Part shown: piece by piece, positions 46,845 to 56,559 of the stretch
How positions within the stretch are numbered: the stretch's first letter is position 1
Layout: each line of letters opens with the position of its first letter
DNA from: Patescibacteria group bacterium
GTDB taxonomy: Bacteria; Patescibacteriota; Microgenomatia; UBA1400; PJMF01
Assembly (NCBI GenBank): GCA_016861205.1
Contig: BOKX01000001.1
Location: forward strand, 264,539 to 328,538
DNA: 64,000 nt
Direction of reading: 5' to 3'
Made by a program: the position numbers and the translations under genes
Notes under the pieces: generated by a model
What the model saw: only the letters and a program-made list of their open reading frames with translations
Told to the model about the DNA's origin: nothing
The model's database searches: none

Positions 46845-47750
46845 TTACAATGAACGCAAAATGGTAATGCGCTCTGCCACCGGCGGATGGGTAGCAAACA
46901 GGCCGGCAAACCAGCCTACCGAGCCATGAATATTTCGAAGTGGATCGGCAAAATACAAATGTGCAGTCGCTTTGTTCGCAGCCTCGAGTGGTTCTTGGTC
47001 ATGACTTATTTTCTCCAGTGCTCTGGCCAAACCTTCAGGGTTTTTGGTCATACCAGCGCCAGTCGCATCTGCTAAAAACTCTCGCCGGCGTGAGATCGCC
47101 AGCTTAATGAGCTCGGCAGCAATCGGTGCCAACAGCGCCAGAACCAAACCAGCCACAAACAAGGCCACTTGCAACTGACCACCTTCTCTATCATTTCGTT
47201 TGCGGGTGCCACCCCAACTGGTCATCCGCAAAAACCAGTCCGAAAGCAAGGCTACCAAGCCAACCAACACCGTCACAATCGACATGAGTCGAATATCATA
47301 GTTCTGAACATGAGATAGCTCATGGGCAACCACTCCTTCAACTTCGCTGCGGTTTAATCGGCTGAGCAAACCAGTTGTGGCACACACGACCGCATGTTGT
47401 GGGTCCCGGCCAGTGGCAAAAGCATTCATGGCAGTGTCATCGATTACGTACAACCGAGGCGTAGGTAGTCGTTGCCCAAGGCACAAGTTCTCAGTCACCG
47501 TATAAAAATCAAAGAACTCTTCACGAGTGGCTTCTCTAGCTCCAGACAATGTCAAAATGATTTTGTCTGACCACCAATAGGAAGCAAACGACATCAGGCC
47601 CGAAATAATCAGGGCAATGCCAACCACGTCCAGGCCGTAACCCAAGCCGCGGGCCATTACATATGCAGCTCCAGTGATAAAGGTGATAAACAAAACAATG
47701 ATCAGACCGGAGCGGCGTTTATTGCTCGCAATAACGTCGTAGTGCGTCAT
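46845..47750 (-). CDS. htpX: M48 zinc metalloprotease HtpX
   Basis: NAFATG, AHELSH, SRRREFLAD, THPP. Confidence 0.93.
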   Translation of the reverse strand: MTHYDVIASNKRRSGLIIVLFITFITGAAYVMARGLGYGLDVVGIALIISGLMSFASYWWSDKIILTLSGAREATREEFFDFYTVTENLCLGQRLPTPRLYVIDDTAMNAFATGRDPQHAVVCATTGLLSRLNRSEVEGVVAHELSHVQNYDIRLMSIVTVLVGLVALLSDWFLRMTSWGGTRKRNDREGGQLQVALFVAGLVLALLAPIAAELIKLAISRRREFLADATGAGMTKNPEGLARALEKISHDQEPLEAANKATAHLYFADPLRNIHGSVGWFAGLFATHPPVAERITILRSL

Positions 47751-48334
47751 AGAGACACTTTGTGATCGTGCATTTCGGTCTCACTGACACTCAAGTGAGC
47801 ACCAGAAGTTGGGGTTTCCAGACCCTTTTCAGGTTTGAAACCAAACATACCAGCGATGATGTTGGATGGGAACGTGACCAATTGCTCATTGAAGCGAGCA
47901 GTTAAGTCAATCACGCTGCGTCGAGCATATGACAACTTGTCTGCGGTGTCTGTGAGTTCGTTCATAAACTTGGTGACGGTTTGATCGCCCTTCAGCTCAG
48001 GATTATCCTCCACAGCCACGCTCAACTTGGGAACCACGGCTTGCATCTTGGCGATCGCATCATCTAAATCCTTAATGGAGCCTGAACTTTGAGCTTTGAC
48101 GGCACTGGTTCGTGCATCAGTCAGCATTTGGAAAATACCCTTTTCGTGCTTGAGGTACCCTTTGACAGCTGACTCCAAGTTTGGGATCAAAGATGCTTGG
48201 CGCTTAAGCTGATTGCCAATCTCTTGGATGCTGGCGGTAATTTGCGTTTTCAAGCGTTGGAGTGAGTTATAGACGCCCATGGCATAGAGAGCGATAGCAA
48301 TCACGACTGCTCCGATAATATAAAGTGGCAACAT
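47747..48334 (-). CDS. lemA: LemA family protein
   Basis: N-terminal TM, YNSL, QLKRQASLIPNL, PELK, FPSNIIA; SD AGGAG. Confidence 0.92.
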   Translation of the reverse strand: MLPLYIIGAVVIAIALYAMGVYNSLQRLKTQITASIQEIGNQLKRQASLIPNLESAVKGYLKHEKGIFQMLTDARTSAVKAQSSGSIKDLDDAIAKMQAVVPKLSVAVEDNPELKGDQTVTKFMNELTDTADKLSYARRSVIDLTARFNEQLVTFPSNIIAGMFGFKPEKGLETPTSGAHLSVSETEMHDHKVSL

Positions 48335-48418
48335 AGAAACTCCTTTTACGATCAATGTTCACAGCTCACGCTGGAATAAACTAAGTATAGCACTTTCAGT
48401 CCATTTTTTTATGAATTG

Positions 48419-49453
48419 TTACAGCTTAGCTTTGGTGATTTCATCGCGGCCAACTCGATCTTCTGGCTTGATCCAGTTCAGACCGAGGGCCAGATAGAAG
48501 CTCTCCTCGTCAGGATACTTTTCTTGGTGCGTGGCACCCTCTTTATCTGTAACCTTGATCCCATGCTCCGAGAGTGACTTGCCCTGCTTGAGAGCAAACT
48601 CACGCAGTCGGATGTTATGTTCTTTCGAACCGGTGAAGTGTTGCAAGAAAGCGCCCCACTCCTCTGGAGTTGCGACCTTAATATCCACCTGATGATTATC
48701 ATGCAACATGACTCTGATCATCTGGTCCCCTGCCACCAACACTTTTTTGACGTGGGGCAGTTGTTTAATGTAGTTTTTGACAATCTCAATATCTGAAACT
48801 GCGATGCCGAGATCGATATCACCGACTGTCTCGAGCTGACGACGCAGACTACCCAATGCCTCAGCCCGAGTCACCGCAGGACATTGACGCAACTCAGCTA
48901 GCAGTTCAGTGGCCACCGCCATGGCTTCGACCAAAGGCAAGCGTTTCTTGTCAATTCGAAACTTCAAGGCTTCAATAATATCGGCTTCGCTTTTCTCACC
49001 AAAACCTTCGATATCGCGAATTTTGCCAGCTTTCGCCACTTCGAGTAAATCTGCCAACGCCGTGTCAGCCTTATCAAGGTGAAATAAAGTAGCAAGCTTG
49101 TAAGCTTTTTTGACACCCAGACCAGGTACTTTGTCGAGGACATAGGTACCGGCGGGAATGTCACTGACGTATTCTTGAAAGGCTTTGATGTTGCCTGTGG
49201 TAAAGAGCTCAGTTAATTTGGTCTGCAAGGTATCACCGATGCCGGGAATCTTGTCAAAGTCAGGATCGGTCAAAAACATTTCGTGCAGTTGGCGATCATA
49301 CTGCTCGATGACGGCCGCCGCATTTTGGTAGGCACGAACTCGAAATGGATTTGCCTTTCGCAAGGCTAGCACCCCGGAAATGAAGTTCAGCACCTCTGAT
49401 AACTCTTGATTGGACATTTTTTTATGAAGGGCTAACTGCATATCTTCCATCAT
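48419..49453 (-). CDS. polX: Family X DNA polymerase lacking a C-terminal PHP domain
   Basis: NPFRVRAY, IPGIG, GSLRR..TVGDID, QVDIK, HFTGSKEHN, LSEHG; ends right after PEDR. SD AGGTGA. Confidence 0.9.
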   Translation of the reverse strand: MMEDMQLALHKKMSNQELSEVLNFISGVLALRKANPFRVRAYQNAAAVIEQYDRQLHEMFLTDPDFDKIPGIGDTLQTKLTELFTTGNIKAFQEYVSDIPAGTYVLDKVPGLGVKKAYKLATLFHLDKADTALADLLEVAKAGKIRDIEGFGEKSEADIIEALKFRIDKKRLPLVEAMAVATELLAELRQCPAVTRAEALGSLRRQLETVGDIDLGIAVSDIEIVKNYIKQLPHVKKVLVAGDQMIRVMLHDNHQVDIKVATPEEWGAFLQHFTGSKEHNIRLREFALKQGKSLSEHGIKVTDKEGATHQEKYPDEESFYLALGLNWIKPEDRVGRDEITKAKL

Positions 49454-49466
49454 ATCACCTTGGACC

Positions 49467-49616
49467 TTGTAACTTGAGGCAACGGGGCGGATAATGCGCG
49501 TAATGCTACACCACAGCTCCATCAGTTTCTTTTTTACCCACCAACTGATGGAGGGTAGTTTGTAGCGTCTCAATATTTTTTTTACAACCACAGCCCTCCA
49601 TCCGGAGGGTTTTTTT
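49467..49616 (+). promoter_or_regulatory. Promoter + leaderless uORF (49503-49565) + 1:2/2:3/3:4 attenuator
   Basis: TTGTAA-17-GATAAT; ORF MLHHSSISFFFTHQLMEGSL*; CTCCATCAGTT/AACTGATGGAG hairpin versus GATGGAGGGT/GCCCTCCATC antiterminator versus terminator. Confidence 0.7.
49593..49616 (+). terminator. Intrinsic terminator within the leader
   Basis: GCCCTCC-ATCC-GGAGGGT with a T7 run, ending about 17 nt before the next ATG. Confidence 0.85.
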
Positions 49617-49633
49617 GTGGTGGAAAGGAACAT

Positions 49634-50092
49634 ATGGCAGAAATACTCTGTCGTATTGTCAAAACCCCAGACGGCGAATACCTGGTCGACGTCAATGGCG
49701 GGTTGGTAGCAGCCGGTGAGGACCGTGAGATTTTTCATGAGCTGCATCAACGAGAGTCACAAGTTCGAAAAGATCAGGAAACTACAAGGGTGCTGTCGCG
49801 GATTAACACCCTGTTAAGCTGGGCCCCAACCGAGCTAAAACTCACTGAGTACCAAGTGGTGCTAACGCTGCTGTTTGAGAATGCCAGCAACTGGGTGACG
49901 CGGTATGTGTTAACAGATGGCCAACAGGAAATTTCCTATGACGATACGGGAACAGACGACAATGTTGTGTTGTTTGAACTACTCCAACTTTTAGCTAAAA
50001 ACCCTGATTCGCTATCCGTTGAAGTTCTGGGGGCTAAATTAGACGCACATCAAAGTTGGCAAGCGCGAGGTGAAACTGGTAACGCAATTTAA
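49634..50092 (+). CDS. Hypothetical protein (152 aa)
   Basis: SD AAAGGA; ORF fills the gap before tRNA-Asp. Confidence 0.7.
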   Translation: MAEILCRIVKTPDGEYLVDVNGGLVAAGEDREIFHELHQRESQVRKDQETTRVLSRINTLLSWAPTELKLTEYQVVLTLLFENASNWVTRYVLTDGQQEISYDDTGTDDNVVLFELLQLLAKNPDSLSVEVLGAKLDAHQSWQARGETGNAI

Positions 50093-50138
50093 CTCGAGCT
50101 TGGAAAACTGAAAAGCTTTAGGTATAATCCTAAGGCTT

Positions 50139-50214
50139 GGCCTCGTGGTGTAGTGGTTAACATGCCTCCCTGTCACGGAGGAGATCGCCGGTTCGACTCC
50201 GGTCGAGGTCGCCA
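50139..50214 (+). tRNA. tRNA-Asp(GTC)
   Basis: GGCCTCG..CCTCC-CTGTCAC-GGAGG..GGTTCGACTCC..CGAGGTC-GCCA; TATAAT upstream. Confidence 0.96.
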
Positions 50215-50237
50215 AAAGTTCACCTTCCCAGAAACAG

Positions 50238-50879
50238 TTACCGCTTCAATTTTTTGAGTAGCAACAAGTTCACCAGCCCAGCCACTATGGTACCGGCTCC
50301 AGCGATGACGAGCATTTGGCGAAAGCCGAGCTGCAGAATCAAGTAACCACCAAGTCCAGCACCCAAGGCTGCCGATAAGTTGACCAGTGACTCATCGAAA
50401 CCCCACAAGGTGGCACTCGGTTTATGCTGAAGGAACTTGGCATAGAGAACTTTTTCAGCTGGTCCAGCCAAAGCACGGAACAATCCCAAAAAGAAGTGAA
50501 ACATGTACAAGTCCCAAGCGTTGCTAGCCATTGAGAAAGCAATAAATAAGACGCCTCGAGCCACATACCCTGTAATGATCAAAAATGCTTCATCTTTAAA
50601 GCCTTTGATGTAATCCGCCAGGTACCCAACCACTGGCTCGGACAAACCAAACGCCAAGTAGAAAATGAGCGATGAGATCCCAACTTCTGCTAAAGTCACA
50701 TCTTTCAGATCAGTAACAAAAAAGATACTCAGGAAAGGATTAATGAGATCAGCAGCTAACCAAAAAATCGCGTGCGAAAGTAGTAAAACTTGGGTCCCAA
50801 ACGGAATAAACGAACCAACGGGCAGATGTGGGCGGAACAACCGACTAAACAGCGGTGGCTTGCGTCGATGCAAGGACAT
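50238..50879 (-). CDS. Half-size (6-TM) MFS transporter-like protein
   Basis: Six hydrophobic helices; motif A-like GYLADYIKG after TM2; GAGLGGYL..LGFR in TM5-6. Confidence 0.8.
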   Translation of the reverse strand: MSLHRRKPPLFSRLFRPHLPVGSFIPFGTQVLLLSHAIFWLAADLINPFLSIFFVTDLKDVTLAEVGISSLIFYLAFGLSEPVVGYLADYIKGFKDEAFLIITGYVARGVLFIAFSMASNAWDLYMFHFFLGLFRALAGPAEKVLYAKFLQHKPSATLWGFDESLVNLSAALGAGLGGYLILQLGFRQMLVIAGAGTIVAGLVNLLLLKKLKR

Positions 50880-50985
50880 TGTCCCTTTTACTGTGACATG
50901 TTGAACGGACTGCCGTCAAGCTTGGTCTATCGGCCAAAGGCTGGGTTTGTTACAATAAGTGCTAGGCGATCTTCGTCGCACCAGT

Positions 50986-51056
50986 GCGGGATTAGTTCAC
51001 TGGTAGAATGCGTCCTTCCCAAGGATGAGAAGCGGGTTCGATTCCCGTATCCCGCT
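50986..51056 (+). tRNA. tRNA-Gly(CCC)
   Basis: GCGGGAT..CGTCC-TTCCCAA-GGATG..GGTTCGATTCC..ATCCCGC-T; CCA not encoded. Confidence 0.95.
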
Positions 51057-51129
51057 CCCCTCGCCAAACCTCAAATTTACACAAACGTTGACCACCGCTA
51101 TGCTAGCTCATACGTGGGGGGGGGCATCT

Positions 51130-51372
51130 ATGGCTAACGAACAGTTACTTAACCTAGCAGATTTTGAAGCTTCCAAGCAAAAGCCAGAGTTTACCTTCAA
51201 GGGCTGGGTCGGCTCAACAAACGTGACCACGCAAGTCATGTACATGTTCTTTGACCAAGTTAAACAGTATGGTGAAAGTCAACCTGCACAACTTAGCCCT
51301 GATAAAGCAACTGCTTACATAGATGCACTCGTCCAAAAGTTTGAGCAAGCAATTCAAACAACGTTCGGCTAG
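51130..51372 (+). CDS. Hypothetical protein (80 aa)
   Basis: MANEQLLNLADFEASK...; a G9 run occupies the SD position. Confidence 0.6.
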   Translation: MANEQLLNLADFEASKQKPEFTFKGWVGSTNVTTQVMYMFFDQVKQYGESQPAQLSPDKATAYIDALVQKFEQAIQTTFG

Positions 51373-51419
51373 ATATTCAGGATTTGCATCTTCAAAAATC
51401 ATGGCATACTAGTTGGACC

Positions 51420-52040
51420 ATGATCGAAAACGTCATCTTTGACTACAACGGCGTCATCTCCAATGATTTCGAACTGGTGTACCAAACGGCTATGCAGTTA
51501 CTGCAGAAGTATGGTCATGAAACACTGCCGTTCGCTGAGTTCAAAGATAGGTTCCGCCTGCCGGCTGCTGTGTATTGGCATGAAATACTGCCTGATGCCA
51601 ACTTTGATGAACTCAATGCTTCGTTCTTTGAGATTTACTCCAGTCTAGGCTCACCTCAGCCTTACCCCAACGCCAAAGCAACTCTGGAATCACTGGCTGA
51701 CCAGGGTTACAAACTCGTCATCTTGAGCGCCCACCATCAAGAAAACCTTCTGCGTGAGCTAGCCACTTTTGGTATCGATAGCCGGTTGTTCGCTGCCATT
51801 TACACCGATGTCAAAAACAAACTGGAAGTCATCGAGCATGTCCTGGCTGAAAATCAGATGCTACCCGAACAAACCGCCTACATTGGTGACACCGAACACG
51901 ATATTGAGACTGCCCACAAAGCTGGATTGCTCGCTATCGCTTCCACCTTTGGCTATCGGACTCGTGAACAACTGGCCACCCAACAACCTGACTATTTTGT
52001 CGATGATATTAGTGAGTTGACAGGAGTGATCAATCCCTGA
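51420..52040 (+). CDS. HAD-superfamily hydrolase (phosphoglycolate phosphatase-like)
   Basis: [22 protein letters not shown]. Confidence 0.88.
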   Translation: MIENVIFDYNGVISNDFELVYQTAMQLLQKYGHETLPFAEFKDRFRLPAAVYWHEILPDANFDELNASFFEIYSSLGSPQPYPNAKATLESLADQGYKLVILSAHHQENLLRELATFGIDSRLFAAIYTDVKNKLEVIEHVLAENQMLPEQTAYIGDTEHDIETAHKAGLLAIASTFGYRTREQLATQQPDYFVDDISELTGVINP

Positions 52041-52130
52041 CCAACCCTCTACCAAACTTCGTCACATCAAACGCCAGTACGACCCCACCAACCTATTCCG
52101 ACTGAACTTTAACGTGCCTCCGGCTGAGAC

Positions 52131-53387
52131 TTAGTTTTTGAGTGAGAGCGCCTCAAATGTTGGTTCTGCGCCTGGTTCTTGACTGTGCAAGTTCAAGATG
52201 ATGAGTTGGCCATCATTGAGCTTGGCAAAGGTAGGCTTAAAGTCCATCTCAAACTCACGACTGGCCACCGCCTCCTTGAGCACCTGAACATGTTGCTGAC
52301 TATCGCAAACCATAATTAACCGCTGCAAATCGGCAAAATTCTGGTTACCACCATGAGGATGCACTTTGTGTACAACTGCATAAAATGCCTCCGCCAAAGC
52401 ACACATCACCGTTGGGACAGATGGAATTGAAGCAGCCGAACGAAACACATTATCAGGTCGCGCTTCGCTACCCGCTACATGAGGCAGTAGCACACCATTG
52501 TGCAGACAAATCGCATTCTCTCCAAATGACACGATAACATTCTCTGGACTTTGGATACGGTCAGACCGCGCCGGCAGCGCGAGTGGGACAGTCAAATTTT
52601 GAGTTCGCAAACTAGCGTACTCCGAAGGAAAAATCAGTTCCTTACGTTGATGGTCATAATTGGCGGCGGCCACTACACAGCTGGCAAAAATAGCTTTGAA
52701 CTCATCTGCCAGTAAATAGTTGCCGACTCTATCCCAAGTATCAAGCAAATTTGCATGCATCTCGAAAGAGGTGTTTCGATATGCAGCCCGAACAATAAGC
52801 CGACGCGGCAGACCTGTCTGTCGGCTCAACTCGGTAACTAAGCTCATTATGTGGGGAATCTTCTGGTCCAAAAATTCGAGCGACACTCGATCTGGCGCTG
52901 CCTTGGGATTGTTCGTTTTACGTTTGTACTCTCTCGTCCACCAAAGCAACTCTTCACGAATCTGACTCAGCTCTGTCTTGTACTCTGAAAAAAACTTTCG
53001 CAGGCCACAGGAAACGCAACTCGCCTCATGACTGTGAGAACTCTTAATCTCCTCTGTATCCCCATGTTGTGTGACTAGAATTTTTAGTTTGCCAGGATTA
53101 ACTCCCCACTTCTCGAGAGTTTTCATTACACCTCGCAAACGCGATCGACTTGGGACTCCGCCACCAATTGTGGGTATACCTACATACATTACCCGCTGCT
53201 TACTACCATCAACCATGGTGTGCAGTTGCACACCACTTGGCAAAACCACTCGACTGTCTGAACACACCAGCGTGATCACCACGCTGTCAGCTTCCAGTAG
53301 CTGTTGTTTGTAGCGTTCAATCCGAGAAAGCATCCCTTCAATTTCTAAATCAAGATGTGAGTGTTCAGCAACAGCGACCATGGGCAT
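52131..53387 (-). CDS. Divergent beta-carbonic-anhydrase-like protein
   Basis: [16 protein letters not shown]...CVSCG; C-terminal NVFRSAAS...EAFYAV. Confidence 0.55.
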   Translation of the reverse strand: MPMVAVAEHSHLDLEIEGMLSRIERYKQQLLEADSVVITLVCSDSRVVLPSGVQLHTMVDGSKQRVMYVGIPTIGGGVPSRSRLRGVMKTLEKWGVNPGKLKILVTQHGDTEEIKSSHSHEASCVSCGLRKFFSEYKTELSQIREELLWWTREYKRKTNNPKAAPDRVSLEFLDQKIPHIMSLVTELSRQTGLPRRLIVRAAYRNTSFEMHANLLDTWDRVGNYLLADEFKAIFASCVVAAANYDHQRKELIFPSEYASLRTQNLTVPLALPARSDRIQSPENVIVSFGENAICLHNGVLLPHVAGSEARPDNVFRSAASIPSVPTVMCALAEAFYAVVHKVHPHGGNQNFADLQRLIMVCDSQQHVQVLKEAVASREFEMDFKPTFAKLNDGQLIILNLHSQEPGAEPTFEALSLKN

Positions 53388-53537
53388 GTCTCCGCTATGA
53401 TATGACGCAGGTACTATATCTCTACACAATCAATGCGTATGTAATTTTCATTACAGTTGAGCAGACGAGCTCTAAAAGTGGTAGGATGACTGCACTAAGT
53501 GCTACCTAGGATACAACTCGCCTAGAGAAAGGATACT

Positions 53538-54134
53538 GTGATTTCAGTTCGCACTACAGCTGTGCTTGGCTTAGTAGCAACGCTACTTCTGATCTCCAAC
53601 ACCTCGGCTATTGCCGCTACTGCTAGTCCAGCCATGCGTTACCAAGAACGTCGGGACACAGTAATTGAAAGGGCTGAGACCCGTCAAGAGAATCGCCTCG
53701 AGCGTCGCGAAGAGGTTGAGGAAAACATGCTTGAACGACAAGGTGAGCGTCAAGAGCGCCGCCAAGAACGACGAGACGACTTCGCCGAGCGACATGCAGA
53801 ACGACTCACGAACCGTTTTACCTTTTACTATGAGCGACTGAGCACTGTCATGAGCAAGCTCAAAACTCGATTTGAGGCAATGGCTAAAGAAGGCAAAAAC
53901 GTGGCTGCAGCTCAAGCAAAATTGACCGAAGCTCAAACAGCCTTGACTAAAGCCAAATCTTTATCCGATCAAGCTATAGCTGCATTTAAGAGTATTGATC
54001 CCGCCCAGTACGAGTCACAACGCGAAGTGGCACTCAAAGCTAGAGACTTAGCGATGCAGGCGCGCGAGCAGTTTAAAACTGCTGTTGAGCTGCTTCGAGA
54101 ATCAGTAAAACTAGCTAAGGAAGCAAGCATTTAA
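53538..54134 (+). CDS. Secreted coiled-coil protein
   Basis: Signal peptide, R/E/Q-rich helix, AQAKLTEA; SD AAAGGA, GTG start. Confidence 0.75.
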   Translation: MISVRTTAVLGLVATLLLISNTSAIAATASPAMRYQERRDTVIERAETRQENRLERREEVEENMLERQGERQERRQERRDDFAERHAERLTNRFTFYYERLSTVMSKLKTRFEAMAKEGKNVAAAQAKLTEAQTALTKAKSLSDQAIAAFKSIDPAQYESQREVALKARDLAMQAREQFKTAVELLRESVKLAKEASI

Positions 54135-54160
54135 TAACAATCACTTCCATAAGGATACCT

Positions 54161-54454
54161 ATGCAAAAATCTGGCTATTTACTCTTAGGTGGTTTAGTTG
54201 TGATCTTAGCTCTAGCTGCGGCCGTGTTTTATCAATACCGGCCAGTCACACAGCCAGCGAATACCGAGTCGCTTATGCAGAAAGAAACAGTATCCAGCTC
54301 ACCTGCCGCGACTGTGGTGGATCAGCAATCCGGTGAGGTAGATCAAACAGCTTTTGAGAAAGAGCAGCAAGTTAGCAAGGATACGTCTTTGACGACCATT
54401 GATACAGAACTCAACAACACCGTTATCTTACAAGAAGACTTTTCAGACTTGTAA
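54161..54454 (+). CDS. Small single-TM protein
   Basis: SD TAAGGA; N-terminal TM and an acidic tail. Confidence 0.7.
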   Translation: MQKSGYLLLGGLVVILALAAAVFYQYRPVTQPANTESLMQKETVSSSPAATVVDQQSGEVDQTAFEKEQQVSKDTSLTTIDTELNNTVILQEDFSDL

Positions 54455-54522
54455 ACTGAGTTTTGTTTCGCAACAGCGGGGGTGCTGATTTTAGCTTTCC
54501 CAGGTATAATAGGCTCAACTGT

Positions 54523-54596
54523 GCCTGTGTAGCTCAGATGGCCAGAGCAGCGGTATCGTAAACCGCGGGTCGTCGGTTCGATTCCGACCACAGGCT
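54523..54596 (+). tRNA. tRNA-Thr(CGT)
   Basis: GCCTGTG..GCGGT-ATCGTAA-ACCGC..GGTTCGATTCC..CACAGGC-T; TATAAT upstream; CCA not encoded. Confidence 0.93.
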
Positions 54597-54647
54597 CTTA
54601 TGACGCGTGATACACTGTATCCATCATCTATCAACGAGCAAACGACT

Positions 54648-55355
54648 ATGGTAACTTCTCGCTTGGCAAAACGTGAACAAAAACAACTCATTGTCCAAAC
54701 TGTCGCCTTGTTTGTAGGCACAATTGTTTTACTTCTCGCTTTCATTTTTGTAATCCTACCTGGTGTTGCTCGAGTCTGGAGCCAAATTACCGGAACTGGC
54801 TTGAGTGGCATTGATAATGAAGATACTTTTGCTCCACAGGTGCCTATTCTGGCCGCTCCAGTTTCAGCCACAAAAAGTGCTGAGCTTAAGTTATCAGGCT
54901 ATGGTGAGGCAGACAGCCAGCTCAAAGTTGTGGTGAATGGTGAAGCTAAAACTGAAGACAAGATCAAAAATGATGGAACCTTTGAAGTATCTCTGACTCT
55001 GACAACAGGTGAGAATGTCATCACTGCCTACGCGGTTGACACGGCAGGTAATGAATCGGAAGCCAGTCGTAGTTACACTGTGGTGTTTGACAATGAGGCT
55101 CCAAAACTTGAGATTAGCGAACCCCAAAATGGTCAAAGCATTGAACTACGTAAAAATCAGCAGCTGAGCATCAAAGGCACAACTGAACCTCACGCTCGGG
55201 TGTCAGTTAACGGTCGAACCGTGCTCGCCAATAGCGAAGGTGCTTTCAGCACCACCTATCTCTTGCAAGAGGGAGAAAACAAGTTCCAGCTCAAAGCTGA
55301 AGACCAGGCCGGAAACGTCACTGAACAAGAGTTAATCGTTAACTACCGTTTTTAA
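54648..55355 (+). CDS. Membrane-anchored protein with two bacterial Ig-like domains
   Basis: TM, then GENVITAYAVDTAGNES and GENKFQLKAEDQAGN repeats. Confidence 0.85.
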   Translation: MVTSRLAKREQKQLIVQTVALFVGTIVLLLAFIFVILPGVARVWSQITGTGLSGIDNEDTFAPQVPILAAPVSATKSAELKLSGYGEADSQLKVVVNGEAKTEDKIKNDGTFEVSLTLTTGENVITAYAVDTAGNESEASRSYTVVFDNEAPKLEISEPQNGQSIELRKNQQLSIKGTTEPHARVSVNGRTVLANSEGAFSTTYLLQEGENKFQLKAEDQAGNVTEQELIVNYRF

Positions 55356-56559
55356 CCGATTGCTGCTCAAGCCTGTAGTGACTCAATAGCAATCCCCCCA
55401 AACTGAGGAATGTAAAGGGTTGCCACAAACTGTTGCTAAATAAACTGTGCAGCAACCACATTGCCCCAATAACACTCCCTACTTTGTCACGGTGCCACCA
55501 GAACCACCCGAGTTGGGCAAGCATCACCCACCAAACTGCTGCCCCCACCCAACCAAAACTCATAATCGAAAACAACAAACTATTGTCCGCCTGTCGACCG
55601 TGATCGGCAACAGCGTTACTCTCTGTACCTGGAACTACAGGCAAAGGCACAAAGACACCTCGACCGACCACATTCTGCAATCCAACTAAACTAGTAAGGC
55701 TCTGTTCCCAAATTCCTTGCCGAGCCACGATGGTTGAAGTTCGAGTTAAAACCACGCCTTCCCCAGTTGGTTTGGGAGCCCACCAGACACTGGCAGCCCA
55801 AATCACAGCTGTCACTATCCACATTTTTCGCTCTGCTTTTGGTAACCACCACCAGGTTCCCACCCAGCCGACAGCCAGAGCCAAGTAACTAGACCTGGAA
55901 AAGGTCAAGGCTACCACACTGCCAAGTAAGATAACTATCACATCACGCGCTTGCCTCCACTGCTTCCGGTTTGGTTGCCAGGCCGTTAAACTAATCGCAC
56001 TCGCAGCAACCACGAGACCTGTAAACGTCGGATCCAGCCAAGTACTAACCAAGCGATAATAGTGGTCGTCCCAACCCAAAATGCTTAAAAAGCGTGTGTC
56101 TGGTATGAGCACGTACTGCCAGACACCCAGGTACGCTACCCCGATGCCCACTGTGACCCACCCCAGCCAAAGCCAAAGTGGCTTTAAACCTACATACCAC
56201 GTGCTGAGTCCCAAACAAATTGCGTACACCACAATCCTGCTAAGATACAAACTTGCCGTCAAAATCGAGTGCCCACTCAGTACTGCCAGGTTTAGTCCCA
56301 GCAGCACAATTCCCAACCAAATCAAAGCCACCGGATAGTGCTTCGGTGAAAGCTGCCTGACAACTCGCCACCAATCACGCCGATGGCACCAGCCCAACCA
56401 AACTAGGAGCATCACGGCCAGTAAATCATGAGGGTAGACTGCAATGTTGCTGCTCACCTGCCAACGCAACAGTTGTCCCAAGATCAACGTCACCCAAATC
56501 GCCACCATCATGCCTTGAATCAATTGAGATAACTGGAGTTGGTGCTTACTTTTTGCCAC
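55339..56559 (-). CDS. O-antigen ligase/Wzy-like membrane protein
   Basis: Multi-TM; RLVSTWLDP, LTFSRSSYLA, DNSLLF, HSLFSN. Confidence 0.78.
   Translation of the reverse strand: MAKSKHQLQLSQLIQGMMVAIWVTLILGQLLRWQVSSNIAVYPHDLLAVMLLVWLGWCHRRDWWRVVRQLSPKHYPVALIWLGIVLLGLNLAVLSGHSILTASLYLSRIVVYAICLGLSTWYVGLKPLWLWLGWVTVGIGVAYLGVWQYVLIPDTRFLSILGWDDHYYRLVSTWLDPTFTGLVVAASAISLTAWQPNRKQWRQARDVIVILLGSVVALTFSRSSYLALAVGWVGTWWWLPKAERKMWIVTAVIWAASVWWAPKPTGEGVVLTRTSTIVARQGIWEQSLTSLVGLQNVVGRGVFVPLPVVPGTESNAVADHGRQADNSLLFSIMSFGWVGAAVWWVMLAQLGWFWWHRDKVGSVIGAMWLLHSLFSNSLWQPFTFLSLGGLLLSHYRLEQQSVKNGS

Noticed and set aside
49454-49750. 98-aa N-terminal extension of PolX in the ORF track
   Set aside because: Overlaps the divergent gene and the attenuator; PolX similarity starts near MSNQEL and an SD precedes ATG 49453.
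50790-51137. ORFs spanning tRNA-Gly (also 51025-51129, and 54343-54871 over tRNA-Thr)
   Set aside because: They overlap well-formed tRNA genes and are spurious frames.
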